Source: an uncultured delta proteobacterium
Lineage (GTDB): Bacteria; Desulfobacterota; Binatia; UBA9968
Direction: 5' to 3'
NCBI GenBank assembly: GCA_963804165.1
Contig: CAWDPO010000009.1
Span: 64,001 to 128,000, forward strand
Length of the DNA stretch: 64,000 nt
The notes beneath the pieces are model-generated. The model worked only from the letters and a program-made list of their open reading frames with translations. It was not told where the DNA came from and searched no databases. Made by a program: the position numbers and the translations under genes. Positions 30,782 to 42,214 of this stretch are shown here, piece by piece (position 1 is the first letter of the stretch; every line of letters starts with the position of its first letter).

Positions 30782-31459
30782 ATGCTTCGCGCTATGATTT
30801 TTGATTTCAACGGCATCATCGTCGACGATGAGCCGATCCATTTCAAGCTGTTTCAAAGGGTCCTCGGCGAAGAAGGAATAATTCTCACCGAAGAAGCCTA
30901 TTACGCCCGCTATCTTGGCTTCGACGATCGCGGCGCGTTCATGGCCGGATTCCGAGATAACCATCGCCCATTGACAGACCCCAAGCTGGCCGAGCTGATT
31001 GATCGTAAGGCTGCTTACTATCAGCAGGCCATATGCGATCACGTGATAATTTTTCCAGGAGTCAAGACCTTGGTATACGAGCTGGCCCCAGTTGTCCCTC
31101 TCGGGGTCGCTTCCGGGGCTTTGCGCCGCGAGATCGTGACCATCCTCACAACCGCGGGATTGCTAAATTACTTTCAAGCGATTGTGAGCACAGAAGACGT
31201 TGAGCACGGCAAACCTGAGCCGGAAATTTTTTTGAAGGTCCTGGCGAAGCTCAACGCGGGCGCCAGCCCCCAGATCGAACCCGCCGACTGCGTCGTGATC
31301 GAAGATTCCAAAGAAGGCATCCGCGGCGCGCGCAGGGCTGGAATGAAGTGCTTGGCGGTAACCAATTCACACCCAGCGGAATTGCTCGGCGAAGCGGACG
31401 CAGTCGTGAAAAGCCTGGAAGACGTCGCGCTTCCGTTCCTGCAGCAAATCTGTTCGTGA
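30782..31459 (+). CDS. HAD family phosphatase
   Basis: IFDFNGII, KPEPE, VIEDSKEG. Confidence 0.9.
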   Translation: MLRAMIFDFNGIIVDDEPIHFKLFQRVLGEEGIILTEEAYYARYLGFDDRGAFMAGFRDNHRPLTDPKLAELIDRKAAYYQQAICDHVIIFPGVKTLVYELAPVVPLGVASGALRREIVTILTTAGLLNYFQAIVSTEDVEHGKPEPEIFLKVLAKLNAGASPQIEPADCVVIEDSKEGIRGARRAGMKCLAVTNSHPAELLGEADAVVKSLEDVALPFLQQICS

Positions 31460-31462
31460 GAA

Positions 31463-32182
31463 CTATCGAAACGGCGTTCGCTGCGGCCGCACCGTGATTT
31501 CCACCGGGCAACAGGTGGCCGGCGTTGTGAGCACGTAAAGTACGGATTGAGCAACATCGTCGGCCTGAATCATCTTGCTCCGATCCAGCTGCCGGTTGGG
31601 CGGTATCAGAGGTGTGTCGACAAACCCGGGCAAGATCACCGATACTTTGATGCCGTGCTCGCGCACTTCCTCATAAAGCGATTGAGTGAACCCGATCAGG
31701 CCGAACTTCGATGCCGAGTACGCCGCGCCATTCGCTTCGCCGCTCTTTCCCGAAACCGAGCCGATGTTAATTACCGCGCCCTCGCCCTTCTCGATCATCG
31801 CCGGCAAGAGACTCTGCGCGAGCAGCATCGGCGCGCGTAAATTGACGCGAAAGGTTTGATCCAAATCCTCCGTCTTGGCCTTCACCACCGAAGACCTCTT
31901 CCCCCAACCTGCGTTATTGATGAGAATATCGATTGCGCCAAAATACTGTCCGCTTTGACCGACGAGTTTTTCAATCTCGTCATCCCGGGTAAGATCGCAC
32001 GGCACGGCGGCCGCATTGCCATTGCCACTCTCGATCTCGCGACGAACGTCTTCGAGTTGATCGTGACTACGCGCAGTGAGAATGACGCGACAACCGGCTC
32101 TGCCGAGGACAAGCGCGATCGCCTTGCCAATGCCGCGCCCGGCTCCGGTCACGAGCGCGACTTTTCCCTGGAGCGTCAGCAT
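31463..32182 (-). CDS. SDR family oxidoreductase
   Basis: TGAGRGIG, NNAG, YSASK. Confidence 0.93.
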   Translation of the reverse strand: MLTLQGKVALVTGAGRGIGKAIALVLGRAGCRVILTARSHDQLEDVRREIESGNGNAAAVPCDLTRDDEIEKLVGQSGQYFGAIDILINNAGWGKRSSVVKAKTEDLDQTFRVNLRAPMLLAQSLLPAMIEKGEGAVINIGSVSGKSGEANGAAYSASKFGLIGFTQSLYEEVREHGIKVSVILPGFVDTPLIPPNRQLDRSKMIQADDVAQSVLYVLTTPATCCPVEITVRPQRTPFR

Positions 32183-32206
32183 CGCTTTTGAACCGGAGTT
32201 TCGTCG

Positions 32207-32629
32207 TCAGTGCACGGTAGTGGGGTCGTCGCCGCTTGGGGGCTGCGCAACGGATGAGCCATGGTGATGGACCATGCGCCAGCCATCGGAGCCCTTGCGA
32301 AAAATATTTGTGGTGAGAATCGTCGCAGCGACGTTTTGACCTTCCAGCGAGCTATTGAGATTTTCATACAGCGTAACCCAAGCCAGCTCGCCGCGCACTT
32401 CGATAAACAGGTCGGTCAACATGAAACGAATGGTGGGAGTATTTTCGAAGATGCGCCGCCAGCTTTCCATCACCGGATTCCAGCCACGCAGGATGCGCCA
32501 GCCGGGATGGCCACACTGAATATCGACGTCCTTTGCCCACACCGACTCCATTTGTTTAATGTCGAGACTTTCGAAAGCGCTGTAAAAGCTTTCATTGACT
32601 TTGGCCACCTCTTTTTCTTCGCTGGTCAT
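32207..32629 (-). CDS. NTF2-like/SnoaL domain protein
   Basis: NESFYSAFE, CGHPGW, TNIF..GWRMVHHHGS. Confidence 0.85.
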   Translation of the reverse strand: MTSEEKEVAKVNESFYSAFESLDIKQMESVWAKDVDIQCGHPGWRILRGWNPVMESWRRIFENTPTIRFMLTDLFIEVRGELAWVTLYENLNSSLEGQNVAATILTTNIFRKGSDGWRMVHHHGSSVAQPPSGDDPTTVH

Positions 32630-32635
32630 GGGCAG

Positions 32636-32962
32636 CTAATGATGAGGTTTAGGCGTGACAAAAACCAAGGTAACGAGGCGTTGCTGGCTGCGATTGAAAA
32701 CCCCATGATTCGCGCCGGCGGGCGCCAGCGCGATTTCTCCCGCTCCTAGTTCCCGCTCTTCGTCGCCGACTTTAAAAACGCCGCGTCCTTCAAGCACGTA
32801 ATAAATTTTATCCTCTCCGCCATGCGTGTGCGGGCTCTGCTCCTGCCCCGGTTCGAAGCAATAGGTGTCGCAAAAAAATCGATCGGTCTCGAAGACGCCG
32901 TTCTTTTTCATTTTTGCCGGAGAGAACTGCATTGCATCGGCGAGTTTTTTAAAATTACCCAT
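32636..32962 (-). CDS. Cupin domain protein
   Basis: PGQEQSPHTH, YYVLEG, PAGANHG. Confidence 0.88.
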   Translation of the reverse strand: MGNFKKLADAMQFSPAKMKKNGVFETDRFFCDTYCFEPGQEQSPHTHGGEDKIYYVLEGRGVFKVGDEERELGAGEIALAPAGANHGVFNRSQQRLVTLVFVTPKPHH

Positions 32963-33049
32963 GGCCCGCTCCTATCCAGCGATCGTGAAGCGATACTACC
33001 ACAGGGGTAGTTACATGCAAAACCAGGGCTTATCTGTTATCTGTAGCGC

Positions 33050-34226
33050 ATGGATTCAGTGCTCATCCGCTACCACGAAATCGCCCTCAAGAAAGGTAAT
33101 CGGGCCATATTTCACCGAATTGCTCAAGAGCAATCTGCTCGCCGCGGTCAAAGACTTGGGCACAAAGGAGATTCGCAGCTTGCCCGCGCGTTTGCTGATC
33201 ACTTTTAAAAACGACATCGAACCCGACATCGCCATCCATCGCTTAAGCACGGTGTTCGGCGTCGCGAACTTTTCCATCGTCAAGCGCACCGCCAGAGATA
33301 TCGACGCCCTGCGCAGCGGGATTTTGGAATCGCTCAACGGCAGTCACTTCGAGTCTTTTCGCATCGAGACTCAACGCGGCGACAAGACCTTTCCTCTGAT
33401 GTCTCCGGAAATCAACCGCCAACTCGGCGCCGCTGTCAAAGAAAGGTCTGGGGCTCGGGTCGATCTAGAGAATCCCGAGTTCACCGTGACGGTCGAAATC
33501 CTGCCGCGCGATGCGTTTTTCGGCTTCAACAAGATTCCCGGCGCCGGCGGGCTTCCCGTGGGGGCGAGCGGAAGAGTCGTCTGTCTTATTTCAGGTGGTT
33601 TCGATTCGCCGGTAGCGTCATACCGGATGATGCAACGCGGCTGTCGGATTATCTTTGTACATTTTCACAGCGCGCCGTATCAAGACAAAACTTCACAGGA
33701 AAAAGTACGCCAGCTCGTAACGCGCTTGACGCAGCACCAATTTCAATCGCGTCTCTATCTGGTGCCGTTCGGGGAGATCCAACGGCAAATCGTCGCCGCT
33801 GTCGCCCGGCCGCTGCGCGTCGTTCTATATCGACGCATGATGCTGCGCATCGCCGAAGCGATCGCGCGAAAAGAAAAAGCCAAGGCGCTCGTCACCGGGG
33901 AAAGCCTCGGTCAAGTCGCCTCGCAGACGCTCGACAATATGGCGGTGATCCAACAGGCGACGCGGCTGCCGATTCTCCGGCCGCTCGTCGGCATGGACAA
34001 GCAGGAAATCATCGATCAAGCGCGCCGCATCGGCACCTTCGAGACGTCGTCGTTACCCGATCAAGACTGCTGTCAGCTCTTCGTGCCGAAGCATCCGGCG
34101 ACCAAGGCGAGATTCGCCGACGTTGAGGCGGATGAAAGTAAATTCGACGTGAATGCGCTCGTGTGCTATGGCGTCGAAAACGCCACCCATGAAGAATTCA
34201 CGTTCCCAATTCTTAGGGAGATTTAA
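33050..34226 (+). CDS. thiI: tRNA 4-thiouridine synthase ThiI (frameshift near 33103)
   Basis: MDSVLIRYHEIALKKGNR, THUMP region, GGLPVG, SGGFDS PP-loop, TGESLGQVASQTL. Confidence 0.92.
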
Positions 34227-34277
34227 GACGTTTTGAACGGCTTGAACGATTGAATGAATTGAAAGAAGCCGTGCCCT

Positions 34278-35248
34278 CTAAATATAATGCTGAATCCTTT
34301 GTAGACTTGGCGCAAAGAACAAATCCTCGGCGCTGGGCTTTTTCTTGATCATGCCCTGCTCGTATTCGTAGCGGATCACTGCTTCGAGGGCCTTTCGATT
34401 ATCTTCCAAATTGTACGGCCACGGGTCGGGACCGAAAATTTCCCGCTGCTCGCGCATTAAATCTTGCACCCACACCAGGGCGAAACTGCGCGGGTCGCTG
34501 TTTCGCTCGTAGCAAATTTCTTTCGCCCGCTGAAACGCCTGCACCAGGCTGATGCCGACCCAGGGGTGCTCTGCTAGAATCGCATTCTTCACGACCACCG
34601 TGTGCATGATCGGAAAGAAGCCGCCGTTTTTGTAATATTCGATCTCCGCTTTCTTCGGTTCGGCAAAAAGCATCCCACTTTGGGATTGCCGCTACGAATC
34701 GACGGCAAAGTTTCCGGGTAGAGCGCCGCCTCCACCTCACCGTCGAGCAACATCTGATCGATGTTCTTGCCGCGCGCCACGCGCTTGACGTTCATCCACT
34801 TGGCCGGTTCAAACGGAATCTCTTCTTCTTCCTGGCACCACCACTCGATGGTTTTTAGATCCACGCCGTAATGATCCTGCAGGATGCCGCGCATCCACAG
34901 GCCGGCGGAGTTTTGCAGCGTGTCGAGAGCGACTCTCTTGCCGTTTAAATCCGACGGCTTTTCAATGCCGCAGCCGTTTCGCTTCACCATATACTGGTGG
35001 CGGAAACGGCGATGTGGAAAGACTGGGATGGCGTTGTAGTTGCAGCCCTTGTCGCGAGAAACCAGATAGCCGACCAATGACAGCTCGCACACATCGAATT
35101 CTTCGTGGCGCAGCATGCGGCCATGGCGCTCGGGCGAAGCCATGGTCAGCACGTTCAGATCAATTCCTTGGGGCTGAATTTCGCCGTTGATCAACGGTCG
35201 CAAAAAATCGTAATCGCCGCACGCCAGAGTTAAGTTCAGCTTCGCCAT
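34278..35248 (-). CDS. 4,5-dihydroxyphthalate decarboxylase-like / ABC substrate-binding-fold protein (frameshift near 34670)
   Basis: LTLACGDYD, FDVCELS, AIPVFP.RRFRH, FPIMHTVV, DPWPY. Confidence 0.8.
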
Positions 35249-35839
35249 CTATTCTCCTTTAACATGCTGCCGGTACAGATCCGGCGTATCGATATCGACC
35301 GTGATGCCTTCATCGTCGGTCTCGATTTCCAACGTATCGTCGCAGTGCGCGTTGACCACGGCTTTGGCGCCTCGATCTATGGGCGCCGCCAGCAATTCGT
35401 CAAACAGCTTGCGCGAAAAGATCACCGGATGGCCGCGCTTGCCATTGTGGCGCGGCACGACGAGCAGTTTGCCGCTCTCGTAGAAGCGCTCGATCATCAT
35501 CTCCACTAGTTTCGGGTCGATGTAGGGATGATCGACGAGATGAACGAGCATGCCGTCGCAATCCGTCTCCGTCTCCAAGCGACGCACGGCGACTTGCAGC
35601 GAAGATAGTTGGCCCAGCTTGTAATCTGGATTCAGCAGGATCTCGACCGGCAAGTGCTCGATCTGCCGCCTCATCTCATCGGCATTGTGACCGAGGATGA
35701 CGATGACTTTGCCGATGTTGGCGTGCTTCAGCACGCCAACGATTCTTTCGATGAACGTCTGGCCGTCAATGGGCAACAACGCTTTGGGCCGCCCCATGCG
35801 GCTGGATTCACCAGCGGAAAGAATCACTGCGACGATCAT
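35249..35839 (-). CDS. Nucleotidyltransferase, MocA/MobA-like (molybdenum cofactor cytidylyltransferase)
   Basis: ILSAGESSRMGRPKALL, GQLSSL, RGHPVIF, DIDTP. Confidence 0.85.
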   Translation of the reverse strand: MIVAVILSAGESSRMGRPKALLPIDGQTFIERIVGVLKHANIGKVIVILGHNADEMRRQIEHLPVEILLNPDYKLGQLSSLQVAVRRLETETDCDGMLVHLVDHPYIDPKLVEMMIERFYESGKLLVVPRHNGKRGHPVIFSRKLFDELLAAPIDRGAKAVVNAHCDDTLEIETDDEGITVDIDTPDLYRQHVKGE

Positions 35840-35870
35840 GGCCCCATTCACCGCCAGTTATTGTAGTCGG

Positions 35871-35963
35871 AAATCTCCCCTAGCCCCTCTTTTTCAAAGA
35901 GGGGAACAGATATTGCTCCGAAAGCGTCCTCCTTTGACAAAGGGGGATCGAGGGGGATTTTTT
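35871..35963. repeat. Palindromic REP-like element
   Basis: AAATCTCCCCTAGCCCCTCTTTTTCAAAGAGGGG ... CTCCTTTGACAAAGGGGGATCGAGGGGGATTT. Confidence 0.7.
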
Positions 35964-36018
35964 TAGCGATAAAGAATCTATCGAACATGGGACTGCCGAA
36001 GATTTCAGGCGGCTCCGG

Positions 36019-37011
36019 TCACTTGTAGACTTTATCGATGAAGCCGCTCTTATCCAGCTCTCTGACAATGCTGTCGTCGACGATATCCTCGACGCGCAAG
36101 GTAGCGCCGGGTTTTCGCGCCAGCGCCTCTTTGATCTGGACCTCGGTTCCTTCCCGGGTTACCAATGGAACGCGATCATGCAACTTTACGTTGGCCGCCC
36201 AGGACGACTCTAAAAACTGCGGATTATTCTGACGCGTGTACTTGGCGATGAATTTCATGGTGTCTTGCTTGCGGGTCTTGAGGAAGTGGGTCGCTTCAAT
36301 CAGCGCCATCGTGAGTTTTCTCATGGTTTCCCGGTTGCTCGCTAAATAGCTTTTTGTGGTGGTAGAGCAAATATACGGAAAATCGAACCGCTTTTGAAAA
36401 TCCGCCGTGCTGATCATGATCCGATGGGGCATGCCTTTGGCGAGGTGAATCGTTCCGGGCGGCGATGGAAAGCCGACGATCTTGCCCGTCCGAAACGCCG
36501 CCGCCCGCTCCGACGGGCCACCCACCTGCATGATCGGCACGTCCTTCACCGGCTCCAAACCCAGTCCTTTGATCAGTACCCTTGCCGCGACATCCGAAGC
36601 ACTCCCCACGCGGCTGATGCCAACATTCTTGCCTTTTAAGTCTTCCACCGATTTGACCGACTCCTGAACTACCAGTTCGTAGGGCAACGTATTGATGTAG
36701 CAGGCGGTCATCACCAAATTGGCCCCAGCCACGACTGCACTCGCCACCGCGCCACCGGAGCTGTTGGCAATCTGAATATCGCCCGAGACCAACGTGGAGA
36801 CGCTCATCGTCGAGCTTTGGATGAAGATGAGTTCGACGTCCAAGCCGTACTTGCGATATATACCCGCGTCCAGCGCGGTGAACCATACGACGTTGGATGC
36901 GTCGGCGGAGCTGTAGGCGATCTTGACGCGCTCCTGAGCCGCGCCGGTGGTGTAGCTTGCGATGGATAATAGAACCAAAAGCGATAAGCCAACGGTGATT
37001 CTGTCTATCAT
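36019..37011 (-). CDS. ABC transporter substrate-binding protein (NMT1/SsuA-like)
   Basis: Signal peptide, YGLDVELI, DLKGKNVGISRVGS, ELDKSGFIDKVY. Confidence 0.88.
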   Translation of the reverse strand: MIDRITVGLSLLVLLSIASYTTGAAQERVKIAYSSADASNVVWFTALDAGIYRKYGLDVELIFIQSSTMSVSTLVSGDIQIANSSGGAVASAVVAGANLVMTACYINTLPYELVVQESVKSVEDLKGKNVGISRVGSASDVAARVLIKGLGLEPVKDVPIMQVGGPSERAAAFRTGKIVGFPSPPGTIHLAKGMPHRIMISTADFQKRFDFPYICSTTTKSYLASNRETMRKLTMALIEATHFLKTRKQDTMKFIAKYTRQNNPQFLESSWAANVKLHDRVPLVTREGTEVQIKEALARKPGATLRVEDIVDDSIVRELDKSGFIDKVYK

Positions 37012-37149
37012 GCCAACCCAACCTCTTGCTTCGAACTGCTCACATGGCGAACGGATGCAACTGTAATCTTGATTTAACTCAAGAGCGCTCAGTGAATCAA
37101 CAAGGCGGAAAGCCGGTTCGGAGTTACCGGAGCGGTGAGCTGGTGATGA

Positions 37150-38253
37150 TCACTGTTCCGCGGGCAGCGCCATGCACTCACCCGCCGGCAGCTCGATCCA
37201 AACCGAGTCGCCGCGGCGCACTTGCAGGGTGTAGCGTTGATGGGTTTGCAAAACGTTTTTGCCGAGCTCGATGGTACAGTCGACGTATTCACCCAAAAAC
37301 ATGGCGGCGCCGATTTTGCCCTCGATAACGTTCGCAGTGATGGGCGGCTGCTGCTGGTGCAGGTTAATGCTCTCAGGTCGCACCACGACAACCACCTTGC
37401 TGCCGGCAGTCAAGCCATCGAGGATGCCGCAAGAGATCTCGCCGTCGTCGGTGCGAACCGTCGCCGTGCCGTTTCCTTCCAGCTGGGTTACCTGGCCGGC
37501 CATTTGATTCGTCGAACCGATAAAGTTGGCAACAAATTGCGTTTTCGGTTGCAGATAGATGTCCCGCGGGGCGCCCTCCTGAACGATCACGCCGGAGTTC
37601 ATCACGGCGATGACGTTGGACATCGACAACGCCTCGATCTGATCGTGGGTGACGTAGAGAGTCGTAATGCGCAGGCGGCGCTGTAGCTCGCGCAACTCGA
37701 AGCGCATTCTTTCGCGCAGCTTGGCGTCGAGATTACTGAGCGGCTCGTCCAAGAGCAGCACCATCGGCTCGCGCACCAAGGCGCGGGCCAACGCGAGCCG
37801 CTGCTGCTGCCCGCCGGAGAGCTGCGTGGCCATGCGATCTTCGTAGCCGTCCAATTCCACCTGGGCGAGCGCCCCTCTGACCTTTTTTTGCATGTCGGCT
37901 TTGCTGAAACGCTCCTTGCCGACACGCAGCGGGAACGCGACGTTTTCGAACACCGTCATATGCGGCCAGATGGCGTAGCTCTGAAAAACCATACCAATGG
38001 GGCGACGGTAGGCGGGCACAAACGTTCCGTCCGTTGCGGAAAAGACCTTCTTGCCGGCGACAAGGATCTCGCCACCGTTGGCTTTTTCCAATCCGGCGAT
38101 GCAGCGCAAAGTTGTCGTCTTGCCGCATCCGGACGGACCTAGGAGCGTATAGAACCGGCCTTCTTCGACCGTAAAGGAAATGTCGTTGACAGCCTTAACG
38201 CCGGCGTTGTCGCCGTCGGCAAAGATTTTTACCAGAGACTTGATTTCAATCAC
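37150..38253 (-). CDS. ABC transporter ATP-binding protein (PotA/FbpC type, TOBE domain)
   Basis: GPSGCGKT, FQSYAIWPHM, LSGGQQQR, DEPLSNLD. Confidence 0.95.
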   Translation of the reverse strand: MIEIKSLVKIFADGDNAGVKAVNDISFTVEEGRFYTLLGPSGCGKTTTLRCIAGLEKANGGEILVAGKKVFSATDGTFVPAYRRPIGMVFQSYAIWPHMTVFENVAFPLRVGKERFSKADMQKKVRGALAQVELDGYEDRMATQLSGGQQQRLALARALVREPMVLLLDEPLSNLDAKLRERMRFELRELQRRLRITTLYVTHDQIEALSMSNVIAVMNSGVIVQEGAPRDIYLQPKTQFVANFIGSTNQMAGQVTQLEGNGTATVRTDDGEISCGILDGLTAGSKVVVVVRPESINLHQQQPPITANVIEGKIGAAMFLGEYVDCTIELGKNVLQTHQRYTLQVRRGDSVWIELPAGECMALPAEQ

Positions 38254-38274
38254 TAGATTTTCCTCACCCGTCTA

Positions 38275-39999
38275 TCAAGTCTGGAGGCCTACTTTGCCGG
38301 TGAGCTTGTAGAAGATCGCCACGATCGATAACAAGGTCGCGATCATCAAAACGCCGATGGCCGCGACCACGGTGACCTGCCCCTGCTCGAACATGGTGAA
38401 GAGCAGAATCGAGAGCACCCGGCTTTCGCCGGTGGCGAGCAACACCGACGTAGAAAATTCCCGAAACGACACGATGCAGATGTAAATCCACCCCGCCGCC
38501 AAGCCAGGCCGCAAGAGCGGTAACGTAACCCGTTTGAACGACTCCCACCAGGAAGCACCGGAGGCCGCCGCGGCCTCCTCCAATTCGCTGTGAATTTGTA
38601 AAATCGACCCCGACGCCGCGCGCATGCCATATGGAATAAAGCGGGTGACATAGGCGATCAGCAAAACCCAGATCGTGCCGTAAATCGGAATGGGAAAGGC
38701 GACATAGAGCAGGATCAACGCCATGCCCATAACGATGCCAGGGATCGTAATCGGCACGAAGGCGAGAAAATCGAGGATCCAAGAACCCGGCAACCGGCTT
38801 TTGTAAACGATCCACGCGACCAGCGAAGTCAGCACCATCGCCACCGTCGCCGTCAAGGTCGAGAGGATAATGCTGTTCTGCATCGCATCCCAAAAGGGGC
38901 GAAAGCCTGACAGATAGCGATAGTTGTCGAGACTGAGCTTGCTCACGGCAGCCCAACTCGGCGCCGCGAAAAACGGCAGAAATGACGCCCAAAACAACAC
39001 CAAAAACGGCAACAGCACGACGAATAAGAAGTAACCGGACAAAAATCCGAAACCTACCCAGCGCCAAGGCCCGAGATCGAACTGGCGCGGCCTAAATGCT
39101 TTACCCGTGACGGTTTGGAATTTCTTACCTTCCTTGGTCGCTCGCGTATACAGCCAAACGCCCACGGCGCTCAACAGCAGCAATCCTACCGCCAAGGCAC
39201 CGCCCCGGCCATAGTCCGGTGGGTACTCGTTGAAGGCAAGAAAAATTTCACTGGTATACACGTAGATACGCGCCGGAATACCGATCAGCGCAGGAGTCTC
39301 GAAAGATTCGAGCGTGCGGACGAATAAAATCAGCACCACGGATCCGGCCGTCGGCATCAACAAGCGCAACGTCACGCGGCGAAAAGTCTGCCAGGTGTTG
39401 GCGCCGGACATCATCGCCGACTCTTCCAAAGAAGGGTCCATCGATTTGAATGCCGCCACCATCAGCAGAAACGCCAAAGGCACCTGGCCCACCGAATGAA
39501 CCCAAATCATACCCGGCAAGGAAAATACGTTGAACGGTGGCGAACTGAGTCCGAACAAATTGGTGAGCCACACATTGAGGTAGCCGAACTTTGGACTGAG
39601 CAGAAATATCCAAGCGATGGATTCCAATACGCCGGGAAGAATCAATGGCACAACGGCGAGGGGAACAAAGATACTGCGCAAAGGCGTGTTGGTGCGCTCC
39701 GTCAACCAGGCGAGCACCGTTCCCAACACGAAGGAAAGCGCCGCCGAGCCGAAGGCAAAAATCAGCGAGTTCATGAAAGTCGAGTAGGTGTACTCGCTGG
39801 CATAGGCAGCGTGGTAGTTCTTGAGGGTGTAAACAAATTCCCGCGGGGCTACTTCCGCCTGAAAGCTACCGACAAGAAGCATGATCAGGGGTAAGACCGC
39901 AAGATAAACGAGGATACCGGCGCCGACCACGGGGATCAGCAGCGCCGGATCCAGCGTCATGCTCACTTTTCCGGTACGGGGAATTGCCGCAGTCGCCAT
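38275..39999 (-). CDS. Iron(III)-type ABC permease (FbpB, duplicated domains)
   Basis: Two EAA motifs (LEESAMMSGA, LEEAAAASGA), about 12 TM. Confidence 0.92.
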   Translation of the reverse strand: MATAAIPRTGKVSMTLDPALLIPVVGAGILVYLAVLPLIMLLVGSFQAEVAPREFVYTLKNYHAAYASEYTYSTFMNSLIFAFGSAALSFVLGTVLAWLTERTNTPLRSIFVPLAVVPLILPGVLESIAWIFLLSPKFGYLNVWLTNLFGLSSPPFNVFSLPGMIWVHSVGQVPLAFLLMVAAFKSMDPSLEESAMMSGANTWQTFRRVTLRLLMPTAGSVVLILFVRTLESFETPALIGIPARIYVYTSEIFLAFNEYPPDYGRGGALAVGLLLLSAVGVWLYTRATKEGKKFQTVTGKAFRPRQFDLGPWRWVGFGFLSGYFLFVVLLPFLVLFWASFLPFFAAPSWAAVSKLSLDNYRYLSGFRPFWDAMQNSIILSTLTATVAMVLTSLVAWIVYKSRLPGSWILDFLAFVPITIPGIVMGMALILLYVAFPIPIYGTIWVLLIAYVTRFIPYGMRAASGSILQIHSELEEAAAASGASWWESFKRVTLPLLRPGLAAGWIYICIVSFREFSTSVLLATGESRVLSILLFTMFEQGQVTVVAAIGVLMIATLLSIVAIFYKLTGKVGLQT

Positions 40000-40039
40000 A
40001 AATCAGCCTTTAAAAGATAGCCGCAGTGTCACGCTGCGC

Positions 40040-41055
40040 TTATCTCAGTTTGAAGATTTCCTTCCAAATCTTATCGTATTTGGGAAACTCTTTTAGATCG
40101 GCGGCCGTGATAAAGTACGCTTTTTCAGTCTTGGTCTTGTCGATCGGGTCCACCTTCGGGTGCGCTGGATTTCTCCCCCCTGAGCCATGACCTTCTGTCC
40201 TTCCTGGCTGGCGACCCAGCGGGCGAATAAGGTTGCAGCGTTCGGATGCGGCGCGTTCTTGAAAATCGCCGTGCCGTTGATCGACGCAACGCCCTCACTG
40301 AGCAGGTAATTTACCGGAGCGCCCTTCTTTATTCGAATCGGATAATGGTGCGAATAGCAGGTCAAACAAGCCGCCGCCTGGCCGGCGACCAAAAGTTCAG
40401 CGAGTTGCGAATGACCTTTGTGAAACTCGACATTGTTAGCGGCGATTTTCTTCCAGTAATCGATCGCTTTTTCGTCGCTCTTGAACTTGTACTTGGCGAA
40501 AGCAAGGAGCATTTCCAGATCCCGCGGCTCCGCGATCAGGCGGTTCTTCCAGCGCGGATGGGTGAAATCGTCGTAGGATTTAGGCTCTTCGTCCTTCTTG
40601 ACCAGGCTGGTGTTCCAGGCAGCGATAAAATATTGCAAATCGGAGGAAATCCAAAACCCGCCTTTCAATCCGTCAGGATAGGCTGCCGCTTCGGGCAAAT
40701 TCACGTCGAGCAACAATCCCTGGTCGTGCACCTGGATGACATTTTCCAGCGGCACCTGTAAGACATCGCCAAGCGTCTTTCCGCCGCGCGCTTCGCTGAC
40801 GGCGCGCGCGACGAGCTTGTCCGAAGTTGCGTCGACGTGATTGACCTTGATGCCCGGAAAGCGTTTTTCAAAAATAGGAAGAATGATCTCCGCATTAATC
40901 TGCGCCAAGGTCGCATAAAAATTCAGCGAGCCGCCCTCTTTGACTGCGGCTTTATGAAGTTCATCCAGGGACTGTGCTCGCGCCGGTATACTCTCAACCA
41001 ATCCGGCTAGCGCCAAAGCCGCCAAGATTATGCGGATGTATCCAGTTATCACCAA
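40040..41055 (-). CDS. Extracellular solute-binding protein (FbpA/AfuA-like), paralogue 1; frameshift near 40170
   Basis: KEGGSLNFY, AWNT.LV, CLTCYSHHY, APHPNAA. Confidence 0.85.
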
Positions 41056-41134
41056 ACCTCCAACCGGGGATGCAAACGTGTAACGTTGATATCAACTTAA
41101 AACGGCGAGTCAATACGCCGTGACCGCCGTTCGC

Positions 41135-42161
41135 TTAACGTATTTTGAAAATTTCCTTCCAAGTCTTTTCGTAACGCCGCCACTCCTTGATTTCTTCAGT
41201 GCCAATGGGATAGAGCGTCGCCGGGCGAATTTTCTCCACGGGTTCAACCTTAGGATGGGGTGGCAAACGACCTCCCGCGGCATAAGCTTTTTGCCCTTCT
41301 TCGCTAGCGGACCAGCGGTAAAACAATCGGGCCGTGTTGGGATGGGGCGCGTCTTTAGCCAAAGCATTGGCGGTGATCGTCGCGATTCCTTCGGTGAGCA
41401 TAAATCCGAGCGGAGCGCCCTTTTTGATTCGCGGTGGATAGTGGTGCGCGTAACAGGTCACGCAGGCAGCGGCTTGGCCGGCGACAAGGAATTCCGCGAG
41501 CTCGGAATGGCCCTTGTGAAATTCAAGATTATTGGCCGCCAGCTTGCGCACAAAGTCGAAACCCTTCTCATCGTTTTTAAACTTATGCCTGGCCAATCCG
41601 ATCAGCAATTCGACATCCCGCGCTTCGCCGATCATTTTTCCCTTCCATTTAGGATCGGCGAAGTCATCGAACTGCTTGGGCTCGTCTTCTTTCTTCACCA
41701 AGCTCGTATTCCACGAAGCGGTAATAATGACCATATCCGCGGCCAACCAATTCGCCGCCTTGAAATTGGCCGGATAAGCGGCGGCTTCAGGCGGGAGCCA
41801 GTCAACCACGAGCTTCTGATCGATGACCTGCAGGACGTTTTCCAAAGCCATCTGAAACACGTCGGACAGAACCCTGGCCGCCCCGGGCCTCGGTAATTGC
41901 GCGCGCCGCGAGCTTGTCAGCGGTGGCGTCGACGTGATTCACTTTGATACCTGGAAATCGTTTTTCGAATACCGGCAGAATTTTTTCCGCATTGATTTGC
42001 GCTAGGGTGGCATAGAAGTTAAGCGTGCCGCCTTCCTTCAACGCCAATTTGTGAAGTTCGTCCAACGACTGAGTCTCCGCCGCTTCGACTCCCACGCATA
42101 GCGTAAGGGCAAGAACAACACTCATAAACGATAACACTACCGCCCGATTGATTCGTCGCAT
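41135..42161 (-). CDS. Extracellular solute-binding protein, paralogue 2 (frameshift near 41870)
   Basis: ORFs 41802..42161 and 41135..41860; CVTCYAHHY, APHPNTA. Confidence 0.85.
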
Positions 42162-42214
42162 TTTGCCTCCAGTGAGTTAAGCGTTGATCGATAAGTCTTG
42201 GGATTCGATCCCAC